This document shows, one piece after another, positions 53,585 through 64,000 of a DNA stretch of 64,000 nucleotides. The stretch is taken from positions 13,452,050 to 13,516,049 of the forward strand of contig NC_134026.1 in assembly GCF_964204645.1 (NCBI RefSeq), in the 5' to 3' direction. How positions within the stretch are numbered: the stretch's first letter is position 1; the number at the start of each line of letters is the position of its first letter. A program made the translations under genes and the position numbers. Source of the stretch: Tubulanus polymorphus (Eukaryota; Animalia; Nemertea). The notes under the pieces were generated by a model. It worked only from the letters and a program-made list of their open reading frames with translations. It did no database searches and was not told the DNA's origin.

Positions 53585-53960
53585 TGTAGGTAAAATTTCC
53601 CGGGAAAAAATATCCAGAGAAAAAATGTCCCCGGAAAAAATGTCCCATAATGTAGAAAAGAAAATGTCCTAGTCTATCATTACTAATTTAGGGCATTAAT
53701 TAATTTGGCCTATTAAAAAAATCAAACATGATACCTCAAATTTAAGAAGATTTTAAATTCACAATACAAATAATCAAATAAAAGTAGAGCCATTATTTTT
53801 TATCAAATGTTAAAATTGTAACTGAAAAGTTTGTTCCAAGTTTATAAGTAATGATCGACTGGGACATTTTTCCATATACTGGGATATTTTCCCTGGGACA
53901 TTTTTTCCGGGACATTTTTACCCGGGACCATTTTTTCTCAGGACATTTTTACCGTATACC
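53585..53960. mobile_element. MITE with inverted subterminal repeats
   Basis: ggaaaaaatgtcc repeats on the left, ggacattttttcc repeats on the right. Confidence 0.65.
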
Positions 53961-54587
53961 GTTTCAACAGCAACCCAACAATTGATTTGCTTTGTAGATA
54001 TGACTGCATTGCACTTTTAATTTATGAATGGGGTTTATGAACAGTACAAATCTATGTCAAACTAATAGATAATGGGCTAAGCTTTACTTAATATATTTCG
54101 AAACAATGTTTGATGAAATAAGCAGTGTATGTCTGAAATAATCCAAATTTCCAGTCACTTCTCCTGCACCGCATTATGGTTCTTCATATCTTATTTTATC
54201 CTTTTGGAAGTTGTTTTAGGTTCCTAAATTGTAACCGTAATACCTGACACAACAAAAATTACAAAGCACAGTTGTTGAGCTTCAACCTAATAAACAAATG
54301 ATGTTGTTTTTAGAGATATTATATAGGCTACAAGTAATAAGTTTACACGCGTGCTCGTGTCAGTGAACAAAGATGACTCATAATTTGATGCTGTATGCGG
54401 CTACATTAGAGCTAGAACACATGTAGGTCGAACAATTCATGTTGTTTAAGCATAATGATTTATAAGGCTGATCTCATATCATCATTTCTAAACAAAAGCA
54501 TTATTTGGAAAGTAAATCTCGGATTGAAGGAATCATAGCGTATTTGACCTTTAAAATGTTGCCTATTAAAAAAATGACCTTTAGATA

Positions 54588-54731
54588 GGGATCATTCATT
54601 TATTACGTACGCATTAGGGGAGAAAAAAGGGTAAGTGCAATTGCGTACTGTAATGCTAAACGTATATTTGCATAAAGGGAGGGGTGGTTGAAATGTCAAA
54701 TTTTATGCGTACGTAATAAATGAATGATCCC
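54588..54731. mobile_element. 144-bp MITE
   Basis: Perfect 27-bp TIR gggatcattcatttattacgtacgcat; ATA on both sides. Confidence 0.85.
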
Positions 54732-54864
54732 ATAACAGAAAGAATGTGGTCATCAAGGTTCGCCCTTATAAGATAAAAACCCACTTTGTACAATAAAAAG
54801 AATATAAAATCTAGAATTTATTTCTGAAATATAAAAAAAAAATACAACATTTCGATCTCACACT

Positions 54865-55496
54865 CCGAGATGAGAATGCTGACCTATAAAATCCATGGTT
54901 TTTTCTTCACACGCAAACCAATTGACAGCTACGCCGTCAGCATTCGCGAACCTCCCCCAAGATAATTTTAGAAATTAAAGGCGTTTTCCGAGGGATCTTA
55001 AACCCATGAATGACTATTATATTTTTGAAGGTAATGGCTATTTTCAAAGTGACACATCCTCATTTGATGACATTTGGCATCTCATGCATTACGGGTTGAG
55101 CCCTGAATTCAGTTAAAATGCGCAGATGAATGCATGCTAAAAATCATCACAGTGTATATAATATCTGAAGGCGTTCGCCACGTACGCACGCAGCAACACT
55201 AAGTAGGCCTATATACATTACTACTGTTGCCGTGCAGGCGTGTCTGTCTGCAAGCGATCGATAAAATACATACACATCATAGTAGATACAAAATCAGTGT
55301 TGCAATGAAGACGCATTGAAATTCAATATTGCAATATACGCGACGATAAATAAAACAGGCGCTAAATGCTTTTACGGTTCAGTTGATTACCAATCGAGCC
55401 AGACCAGCCGAGTGAGCCCCCCTATACTTTTAGATCATTTTTGGACTATTTGGAAAATTGGTATTTTTCAATACCGAAAGGGAATTCTCATCTCTG
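54865..55496. mobile_element. TIR element inserted in the Penelope pLTR
   Basis: Termini gagatgagaat / attctcatctc. pLTR sequence continues on both sides. Confidence 0.7.
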
Positions 55497-56020
55497 CTAA
55501 GGATCGTCAGGTGTGAGATTATCACTAAAAACAGGGTATATATACAGGGGAGGATAGGTTAATTGAGTAAAATAGTGAGTGAGTAAATAATTAGTGTTTG
55601 GCAAGGCATGAAGTAATATACTTACGAAGAAGGAAATTGTGAGGAGCAAAGCCATTATTCAAATTGGTACTAATATCTGAGTGATGAGTTATTAGGGCAG
55701 ACTAGACTATGTGGCGTTAAGTGTAATTGCAAGAAGTATAAATAATATCGGCTTTATCAAAATTAAAACGATGACCATTGTTCCAAACATGATTCGCTAC
55801 GCCACTAGCCAGTTTTTGATTAATTATATCCTTTTTGTGTTCCGAAATTCGAGTTTTTAAATCACGACCAGTTTCTCCAGAGTTAATTTTGTAACAACCG
55901 AAACAAGGAATTTTGTAAACACTGCAATCCAAAGCTTTAGATTGATTGTTCTTTAACCAAAGTCTTGCTAATTTTGTTTTCATACGTTAATATATACCCT
56001 CTATTTTTAGTGATAACCTC

Positions 56021-56062
56021 ACACCTGACGATGATCTCTAGTGTGAGATCGAAACGTTGTGT
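56021..56062 (+). ncRNA. Minimal type I hammerhead ribozyme (PLE type)
   Basis: ACAC-CTGACGA-T-GATCTC[tagtgt]GAGATC-GAAA-CGTT-GTGT: complete core, 6-bp stem II, stem I ACAC/GTGT, palindromic stem III (AACGTT). Confidence 0.85.
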
Positions 56063-57102
56063 TTTTTACACTTTAGAAATAAATTCTCAATTTTAGATCC
56101 TTTGTACATAGTGAGTTTTTATATTATTATCTGTTTAACACGTTTGAGTGTGGCTATCATACTAAAGTACACCCTGCTAATTGAACTAAAGTAGAGACAA
56201 TCGGTATTTGTCATTTGTTTCCTCGTATTAACATTGTTTGCATAACATTCGAGAACCCCAGATGCACGTCTATAAATCAACTTGCATTTGTAAGGTAACA
56301 TGAACTGCACTATAGACAACAGTATTAGTAGCAATACTTCGTATCTAACATTAACTACACTCTACACAACAGTATTAGTAATAACATTTTTTGTTAATCA
56401 ATAGATTATGTACTGTTAAATGATAGAATAATGTACATTGCAAAAATCTGGGATTTTCCTACAGATACCTTTATTGCTGGTGTTTGATAATTGGGCAAGA
56501 TTTTACAAGAGCAATCTGACTTTTGACACATATTCCATCCTAAATACAATGAGCACTTCTCGTAACCTTTAACATCTTTCAATTACCTTTCAGAGCTGCC
56601 AGTCTAAATTTTATCGGTTGCTGAACACATGTCCAAGTTTATCATTATTTTCAAAATTTTTCCAGTAGTCCCAAATTTTCAAACTAGACAGTTTCAAAAT
56701 CAGTATTGAGGTCTTATAAGTCTGTATTAGGGTAAATTATGTCAAACAGATTTTTGTTTCCTCACTTCTGACACTGTTATAGTGCGTCATCTTCATCTAA
56801 GTACAGATGGCGCACTAGTACAGTCTCGTATTGAGTATAATTTGAGATGTTGATGAGAGTGATTATGACAGATTTAAGAAATAACGATGCAATCTGCTAT
56901 ATTTAAACAAGTAAGTAACTGATTTTCCGTAACTTATACATTTTTTTCAGTATTCTCAGGTGAATACAAATCCGTAACAATTTTCTAAAAACAGAATGCT
57001 ATAATTTAACATGATTTTACGGTAAGGTTATGCAAAAATCAGAACAGTTGGAAGCTCTGATTATTCCCACCCTACCAACCAGAAATTAGGGCACACAAAG
57101 GA

Positions 57103-58024
57103 AAACTAGGGGTCCAGGGACACAATGCCCACTTGGAAATTGGTTTCAAATGCTCAACAATCCAACAATTTCAATATTCAACGCCCCCTGGTGACCATAT
57201 ACAAAAACCAATTACCTTGAAACTCACTACATTCATAGAACAGGTCAGCAGCTACAATTTTGTATATGCCTAGGTACCAAAATAATATAGAAATACTAAG
57301 TAATTCTACTATTCAACGCTCCCTGGTGACCATATGCAAAACCCAATGACTTTGAAACTCACCACAATCATAGAACATTTCATGAGCTACAATTTAGCAA
57401 TTGATTATGGAAACAAAATATGTCTAGGTACCAATGTAATGAGGATGAGTTTCTTTACAATACTGAGTTATTTTACTATTTAGTGGCCCCTGGCGGCCAT
57501 ATAGAATAACTAATGACCTTGAAACTCACCACAGACCATTTCATGAGCTACAACTTTCCAATTGATTGTGGCCACAAATTTCAATGTAAAATAGCAAACC
57601 AGGAGGAAGCTACAGGACTCGGGATTCAGACCAAGATATACCTTTTTGTGCACAAACAATGTCACAGGATGGCCATCATGAGTCCGATCGACCCAATTTT
57701 TCTGATGCTTATATGAAATTATTATGAAAGATCAAGATAATTGATCAAATTGTCTTCAAAATTTCCCTCGAAAACTTGAAATATGTGTATAAAATGCTGC
57801 TTACTTTGGCGAAACAACAATGGCAGCCATCTTGAATCTGACAGGGTCAGTTTTTGAGCTGAAGATGTGCCGTGGGTAGATACATGTGTAACCCAATATA
57901 CATTTTATTGAAGCTTCAAAACTTCCCAAAATAACTGGATTGCATCTACAGATGAATGGATGGACGGCGGATGAAAAGTGAACGCTATAGCCCGCTAGGA
58001 CTGAAGTCCCAAGTGGGCTAAAAA
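57103..58024 (-). mobile_element. HINE family B, older inverted copy
   Basis: aaactagggggtccaggga...gtcccaagtgggctaaaaa is the reverse complement of the family B termini. Confidence 0.85.
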
Positions 58025-59248
58025 GGAAAGACAATACGTGCTTCAATTTCTAAGTATCCATAGGGGATGCCAGTAATCAGTCATTTTCGTGAGGCTGTAT
58101 ATTCAATATATACCGGTAAAATAGAAAAATATTCACCTCCTCAGTGGCATGCAGTGTATTTAGATATTGGAAGAGGCAGAAGGTTAATTTTCAATAGCTT
58201 TTATCCATGGGCCTGTCTAATTGCACACACTAAGTTTAAAAGAAATCATATGTTATTTGATATGTATGTAGAGCGTTACCAAGAAATCCAAGAGTTCTGC
58301 CATAACAGCCTTATTGGATGAGCAATAAAGCTAATCTTCGATAGGTTTACATCCATGGGCTTACCACATCATACAAACCAAGTTTAGATGTGTTTAGAGC
58401 GCTAACAAGAAATTCAATATGTTGACCGTAGCGGCCATATTGGGTGAGTGAGGAAGCAAATTTTCAAAAGGTTTCCTCCCGAGACATACCCTGTGATAGC
58501 TACCAAGTTAAAAACAATCACATGTAATTTGAAGTGTGAAGAGCATTTACGAGGGAAAAGCACATGACCACTCTAAGTAACATAGAATGTCACCTACCCT
58601 ACCAGGGTGATAATTAAGACTTATTTGATGTACCCATAGTAATAATTCAAGCTAATTTCCAAAGTTTTTCCATGAAACAATGTTAAAACAACAAATTTGT
58701 CAACCCTTCTCCAAACAATTTCATAACAATTTTCTGTTATTTCAAATCTAGATTTGATTTACTTTTGTGAAACAGGGCTTTGTGGGAAAATCAAGAAAAT
58801 TGGTTTATTCAATATTACATTATATACATCTGTAATGGAGATCATAAATTAAAAGCAGTAGCTAACACAGCCAGAAGAAAATGAAGCCTATTCACAAAAA
58901 CAACATATATAGGCAACAACTGCTTTCTGTTAGTGTTTATGAATATAGACAGTGCAATTCATTTTTAGATATCTTACCGATACACAGAAAATACAATTTA
59001 ATCAAAACATTTATATTTGGAGCAAGATATAATATGATGCACATCAACTGAATAATGTTGTATTGGAAGCTCAAAAGTTTCTAAAGTAAGAAATACTAAA
59101 TCCAAGATGATAAATATCATATAATCAGGGCTATGATCAAGCCACGCAAACTTATGTCTCAAACTGATGTTTCACGAAAAACTCGCACACGAGAACCTTG
59201 TCGCCGCACATGTATGTACTTAGTGTTTTCGATGTGTGTGATCCGCAC

Positions 59249-59337
59249 CTGTGTTGAGGGAACATGAGCTGTAGTATGATCACTGTAGTAGAGTTCTTCA
59301 GAATTAATAGAGGGGGTTGTTATATCTCTGGTGGAAG
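59249..59337 (-). other. Possible Ser/Thr/Pro-rich host exon
   Basis: Polypyrimidine tract plus cag acceptor, cag|gtgcgg donor, one open frame STRDITTPSINSEELYYSDHTTAHVPSTQ. No recognisable domain. Confidence 0.25.
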
Positions 59338-59556
59338 CTGAAATGGGAAAAAATATTTGAAAGAATGCAGAAACAATGCGTCAGTCCTCATCCAATCGAA
59401 GAAGTTATATTTTTTCAATGAAACAATGAAAACAACTATGAACAATGAAAACAGGTCAACCTCAAACTAATTAATTTACAAATAGTGTGTAGGGGGAAGA
59501 TCCAGTCCTAAATCCAGGAGGTAGCGCTCATTCAACGGGCATATGAAGGGCATATA

Positions 59557-59940
59557 ATAATAAATAATAATAATAACACTTTTAAAGCGCTGTAATTCCA
59601 TGCCAAAGAGGCAAAGTTCAAAAGCGCTCCTCAGGAGTGTCATAGAATGCATGGAAAAGCACTGTTTTGAGGTGAGACTTGAATTGGACAGGCGACATAT
59701 CCAGAACTTTTTGATGAGAGTCAATGAATTGGTTCCAAAGTCTGGGCGCACACCGTGAAAATGTTCTTCCTCCAAAATTACACAAACGGTATGTGGGTTC
59801 AACTAATTTGTGCTGATTAGCCGAACGTAATGTACGAGCAGGGATGTAGACCTGAATAAGTTCACTGATATATACAGGGGCGGAGCCAGTGAGAGCTTTG
59901 AAGGTCAGCAACATAACCTTGTACTTAATCCTGGCGTCCT
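59557..59940 (-). mobile_element. L2-clade LINE 3' end
   Basis: RIKYKVMLLTFKALTGSAPVYISEL..Y.PARTLRS...GGRTFSRCAPRLWN, followed by an agcgctttga...agcgcttt stem and a (TAT)n tail. Confidence 0.9.
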
Positions 59941-62322
59941 GGCATATCATCCCCAAAGGAAACTTAGATCATTTTCAAAGGGATTCAAAAACAATATGAC
60001 CAGCAATAATTTCTAACTGCTTGTATAACTTTCATTAGCCAGGTTGTGATAATGGCAAAACATAAGAGCCTTTTCTCTTTTTGGCAGAATGAAAATATCC
60101 TATACAAGATTTTCTTGCCCTTTAAATAATATTTGACAATTGAGCCATGCCCTTAAGTTTGTTTTAAGCAATTCTTAAGAACTTTCTGAATTTTTGGAAA
60201 CCATTTCTACCCTCCCAGGACTTTTAAAACCATTTTTGGCGATAAATGTGCCCCTTTCTAAAAATGTCAGACGATAGGCCCCTATCGAAATCCACGACTC
60301 AAATATTTTTTGATTCACTTACTGGAAGTGCCTTTGTCCAAGTATATACAAATTCTTTCAAACACTGGCTAGCATAGAGATGCCATGTTATGTGGGAACA
60401 CTACCATGGGGAATTCACAGATATCCTCAAATTGTTTGTGGTTGGTGAAGTAGATGGTATTTTTGACTTTACATTTTTTGATAAGGGCACTGGCTATCAA
60501 AACATGTGAGCACATATGGAGAAATGAAAATACTAGATAATTACCCGCACTCATGACCTTTGACCAAACAAATATCTAATCAGTTGCTAAGGTCATCTAG
60601 TAAAATACAATTTATGAAATGCAGGAAAATCTATTTAATGGTTCTGTCTAATCTGTTTAAGTGCTTCTGTATGGAAAGCACTGTGAGCAAATGAACAAAC
60701 GAATGAGGAAGTGAATACAGTATGCCGCCACGACATCCTGTGGAGACTGTGACATAAAACTATGACAAATATAATTAATTGCCTCTTTAGTTTTAGATGT
60801 CTCTGACAGTATATTAAACATGGCCCGCACATGCTAGTGACTCGTTCATTGATCCCAGCAATAGAAAATTTACTACGCCCCAGCTTGAGAAAAAGAAGGC
60901 ACTAAAAAACAACCACCTAATAATAAGGCCATCTTGTATCAAGACCTACAATATCAGCTCATTTCTAAGGGGTCGACTTTTACATGAGTGGAACATTCAG
61001 ACTTAAACAAGAGCCAAAGGGGCGCTATAGCCAGCCTGTCAGCTTTTCATAAAATAGCAAATGATGCATTTTGTGGGTTATGTTTGTTGAATACACTCCC
61101 AGCTGACAGTCAATACCTATAATTTACACAGTACAATTGTTTATCATGAGAATAACAGACAGGGAGCTGGCAGGAACAAATACCTCAGATCAGACTTTTC
61201 CCTTGGTCTTATTGATTTGAATTTAGAATAGAATTGAATTGGATTTTCTGAAATTTTCTCAATAAAACAAAATTGAATTGGCTTATGATGTATATTTGTT
61301 CAATAAAGTAAAATTGAATTGGATTTTTATTTTTTACAGAATAAAATTTGATTGAATTTGCAGTTTGAGCACATTGGTAATTAGCATATCATAGTCATCC
61401 ATGCGATTTTTAATCGTCAATCCTGCATAATTGTCAATGATATTTTCTGTAGTGCAAAGGAAAATATTCCTCCCCAAAACCAAGTCGTCAATATGGTTAT
61501 CTTACACGTGGTTGCTGGCTGCGGTCACATAGGGTTCACTGCTATATACTGGATGCTGCGTTCCTATACTGCTGTACTCACACATAAAGCATACACAAGT
61601 CGTGTAAAACTGCTGTACACTCGTGTGCGCAGCAGTCAGTGAATATTTGATTCTGCTTCATTCCCTACCTTTATTTCACAATTTATTAACAATTAAGTTC
61701 AATGCGAAGGCAACACACCCAAGGCGCCTAGGCACTGGAAAAATGTCTAATTTTTTACTGATTTCCCTGCATTGGAGGCATAGATGCATTTGGTTCAGTA
61801 TTGGGTCACAGCAAGGCTAATAAACAAGTGTGATTGATCATGGCTGGCAATTGTTTGAACCAATGAAAATATGTAATAGGACTCCAAAACTAAGTTCCTT
61901 AAAGCCAATAATAGTTCAGTAGAAAAGGGGTCGTTGTTTCAGATGAAATTTAACTGAAAATGAGAAGGATTTGGACGGGGATTTTCTTTTCGTATGTAAC
62001 ACTAACAAGCAATGGTTAGTTAGTTCCGAGGTTGTTAGAATGAGAATCTACTGTGTATATGTTTCATCGTAGAATCTATTTCACGCAAATGGGATAAACT
62101 TTATACATATTTCTGGACCATGCTTTTCGTTACGTCAGTGCGCATACAATGCATCCAACGACTGGTCGCCCCGGGAATATCATTCATGAAAAACTAAAAT
62201 TATCTTCGGCAAAAATTAGAAACAAGTGAATCTATATCGCCTTTAGTTAGCTTAATGACCTGACATATTTGAGCAATGTAATTCAATGTAATTGGTACCA
62301 AAAAGAATTATACTTTTTGCAA

Positions 62323-64000
62323 TCACACCCCTAAGTGATGAGAAACAACTCCTTCCGAGGAAAGATTATCCTTCAATAAAATGTCCTTGATCAGTGAAGA
62401 AGAGACCCATCGAGCCACTGTGTCCCAAGAAACATCACCCTTCAGGTGATCCAGCAGCAGAAATAACCGCTCCTTCAAACCCCTTTGTGAAGCAGAGCGA
62501 TCTAAATAGAAACGCAACGCCCATACAGGACATTACTTCCTGTCCGTAAGACCCGGTTCAACTCAATGTTTTAGGGCTTCAATTCGCCATTGACGATCAA
62601 CCGAGCCTTTGCCTAAAACTCCAAAGCAGGCAGCAGCAAAGCAAATTCCTTCGCTGGCCCGGAGACAATATGACCTCGTCGAACTGAAAGTGCATGAATT
62701 TCAGAACAACGGATCCGAGCAAGCCAAGAAAAGCAGGAATAGTGTCTTTTTGACAAATTCGCAAATGACGCTTCGGAAAGAGATTCAAATGGAGCCTCCA
62801 TTAACTTCTTCAAAATTACATGGTGGAACTATTCTCGTTGCCTGAGGCCGGGAAATAGAAAACCCTGCAACAAGCTGGGATATCCGATGATCAGCTATTA
62901 TGTTTGGCTGTCCAGAAGTACTCAATGTGTGGGAAATCACGGAGTGGTAACCTTTTATAGATATAACCTGCAGACCTTTTACTACAAATAGATGCAGTAA
63001 ACAAACCGACACACAGAGGGTGAGCATGAATCAATTTCCCCTGTAGCACACCAATCTGCAAAATGACCCCATTTGCAATCGTAAATGGTACTTGTCGATG
63101 GCCGCTTAGATCCTGTGATAAAAGGGGCAGCCTATTCTGAAAAGCCTGAAGATGACAAGGATCGCTGGACAATGGCCAGGCATGCAGATTAAACCACTTG
63201 CTGTTCCAGGATGATGCCGAAAGTTCCCCTCAGACAGAAGTGATGGGAAATTTGGAAGAATCCTGGTGTTGTCGCACAGTAGGTTGAGAAGTGGTAGGAA
63301 CCACTTCTGAGCTGGCCAACATGGTGCTACCAGAACTATGTTGCAATTGAATGATCTCTCAACTTGATCCAGCAGGCGCAGGAGGACTGGTGTGGGCGGG
63401 AACGCATACGCATGCATCCCCGACCAGTCCTGAGAAGGCAACAAGCCTTCAAGCTTCCACGTCCGGAAACGGGTAAACAAACAGTGAACACCTCCGATTG
63501 AACCGTTAGGAAAACAGATCCAGCCGCGGATTGCCAAACATGTCTCGAACCCGATTCGCTACTTCTTGGTGGAGAAACCATTCTGTCACAATAGCCTGAC
63601 CTCAGCGAGAAAGAGCATCGGCCATCAGGTTCCTTTTCCCTGCTTAATGTGCCACAGTCAGGGAAACGCCGGAAATTTATGTGGTTGGTGGCCTCGTAGC
63701 GAGACCACCTCCCCGCTTTGACTTGGTTCTTTAGATGCTCCCCCTACTGTTGGGGACTGGCATCCATGAATATATGAACTGGAGCCTCTAACGGGGCCAG
63801 AGATACCCTGCGACGAAGAATCGTAGTTGTCGCCCACCAATGAAGATCTGGAATTAGAGCGGTTGGAGGTACGGGAATCAAGGTTTCCCAGTCGCCCTTC
63901 GATTGAGACCAGAAGACCTTCCAATATTGTTGCAAGCACCTGTTTCTGAGGCGGCTTAATGGCACCACCAGACCCATGGAGCTGATGGAGCCTAGAAGCC
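62323..64000 (-). mobile_element. Degenerate DIRS1-like tyrosine-recombinase retrotransposon, continuing beyond the window
   Basis: RNase H (IFMDAS, HIN, GKRNLMADALSR), methyltransferase-like domain (AYAFPP, LVAPCWPAQKWF), recombinase (IKGYHSVIS, APFE, RCSEIHALS, ALRFYLDRS..RLFL). Many frameshifts. Confidence 0.92.

Larger units (their letters stand above)
54770..56130 (-). mobile_element. 5'-truncated Penelope-like element with inverted pLTRs
   Basis: GIY-YIG ORF 55717..55983 (SVYKIPC..C...GETGRDLKTRISEHK...GVANHV...H.F.F). Minus-strand pLTR 55545-54770, split by an insertion, and an inverted pLTR copy at 55989-56130. Confidence 0.9.

Noticed and set aside
54130-60830. A multi-exon minus-strand host gene from scattered splice-like signals (about 54240, 56590, 60325-60490, 60750)
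   Set aside because: Candidate exons contain stops or lack recognisable domains; no consistent model can be built by eye.

Overview
AT-rich animal genomic DNA, probably a marine bilaterian invertebrate (inferred from the repeat types and CTCF-like motifs). It consists almost entirely of transposons and their relics, and no intact host gene can be established. The centre (12139-42581, about 30 kb) is a nested block of non-autonomous Helentron-type (HINE/DINE-like) elements. It holds 31-bp palindromic satellite arrays, MITEs and a near full-length CR1-group LINE (ORF1 RRM/CCHC plus SGNH esterase; ORF2 APE-RT). The whole block sits in one T-run inside a decayed Polinton-type DNA polymerase B gene, whose reading frame resumes across the insertion. 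Facing that polB relic is a decayed gene with motifs resembling Rep_trans (pT181-type) rolling-circle initiators; this is the most unusual signal in the window, but it rests on motif reading by eye. The flanks hold Gypsy protease and integrase relics, Penelope-like GIY-YIG fragments with hammerhead-ribozyme pLTRs, a decayed SET-domain exon, two probable solo LTRs, an L2 3' end, a promoter-like region, and a degenerate DIRS1-like element running off the right edge. Most ORFs in the track are artefacts of the satellite.
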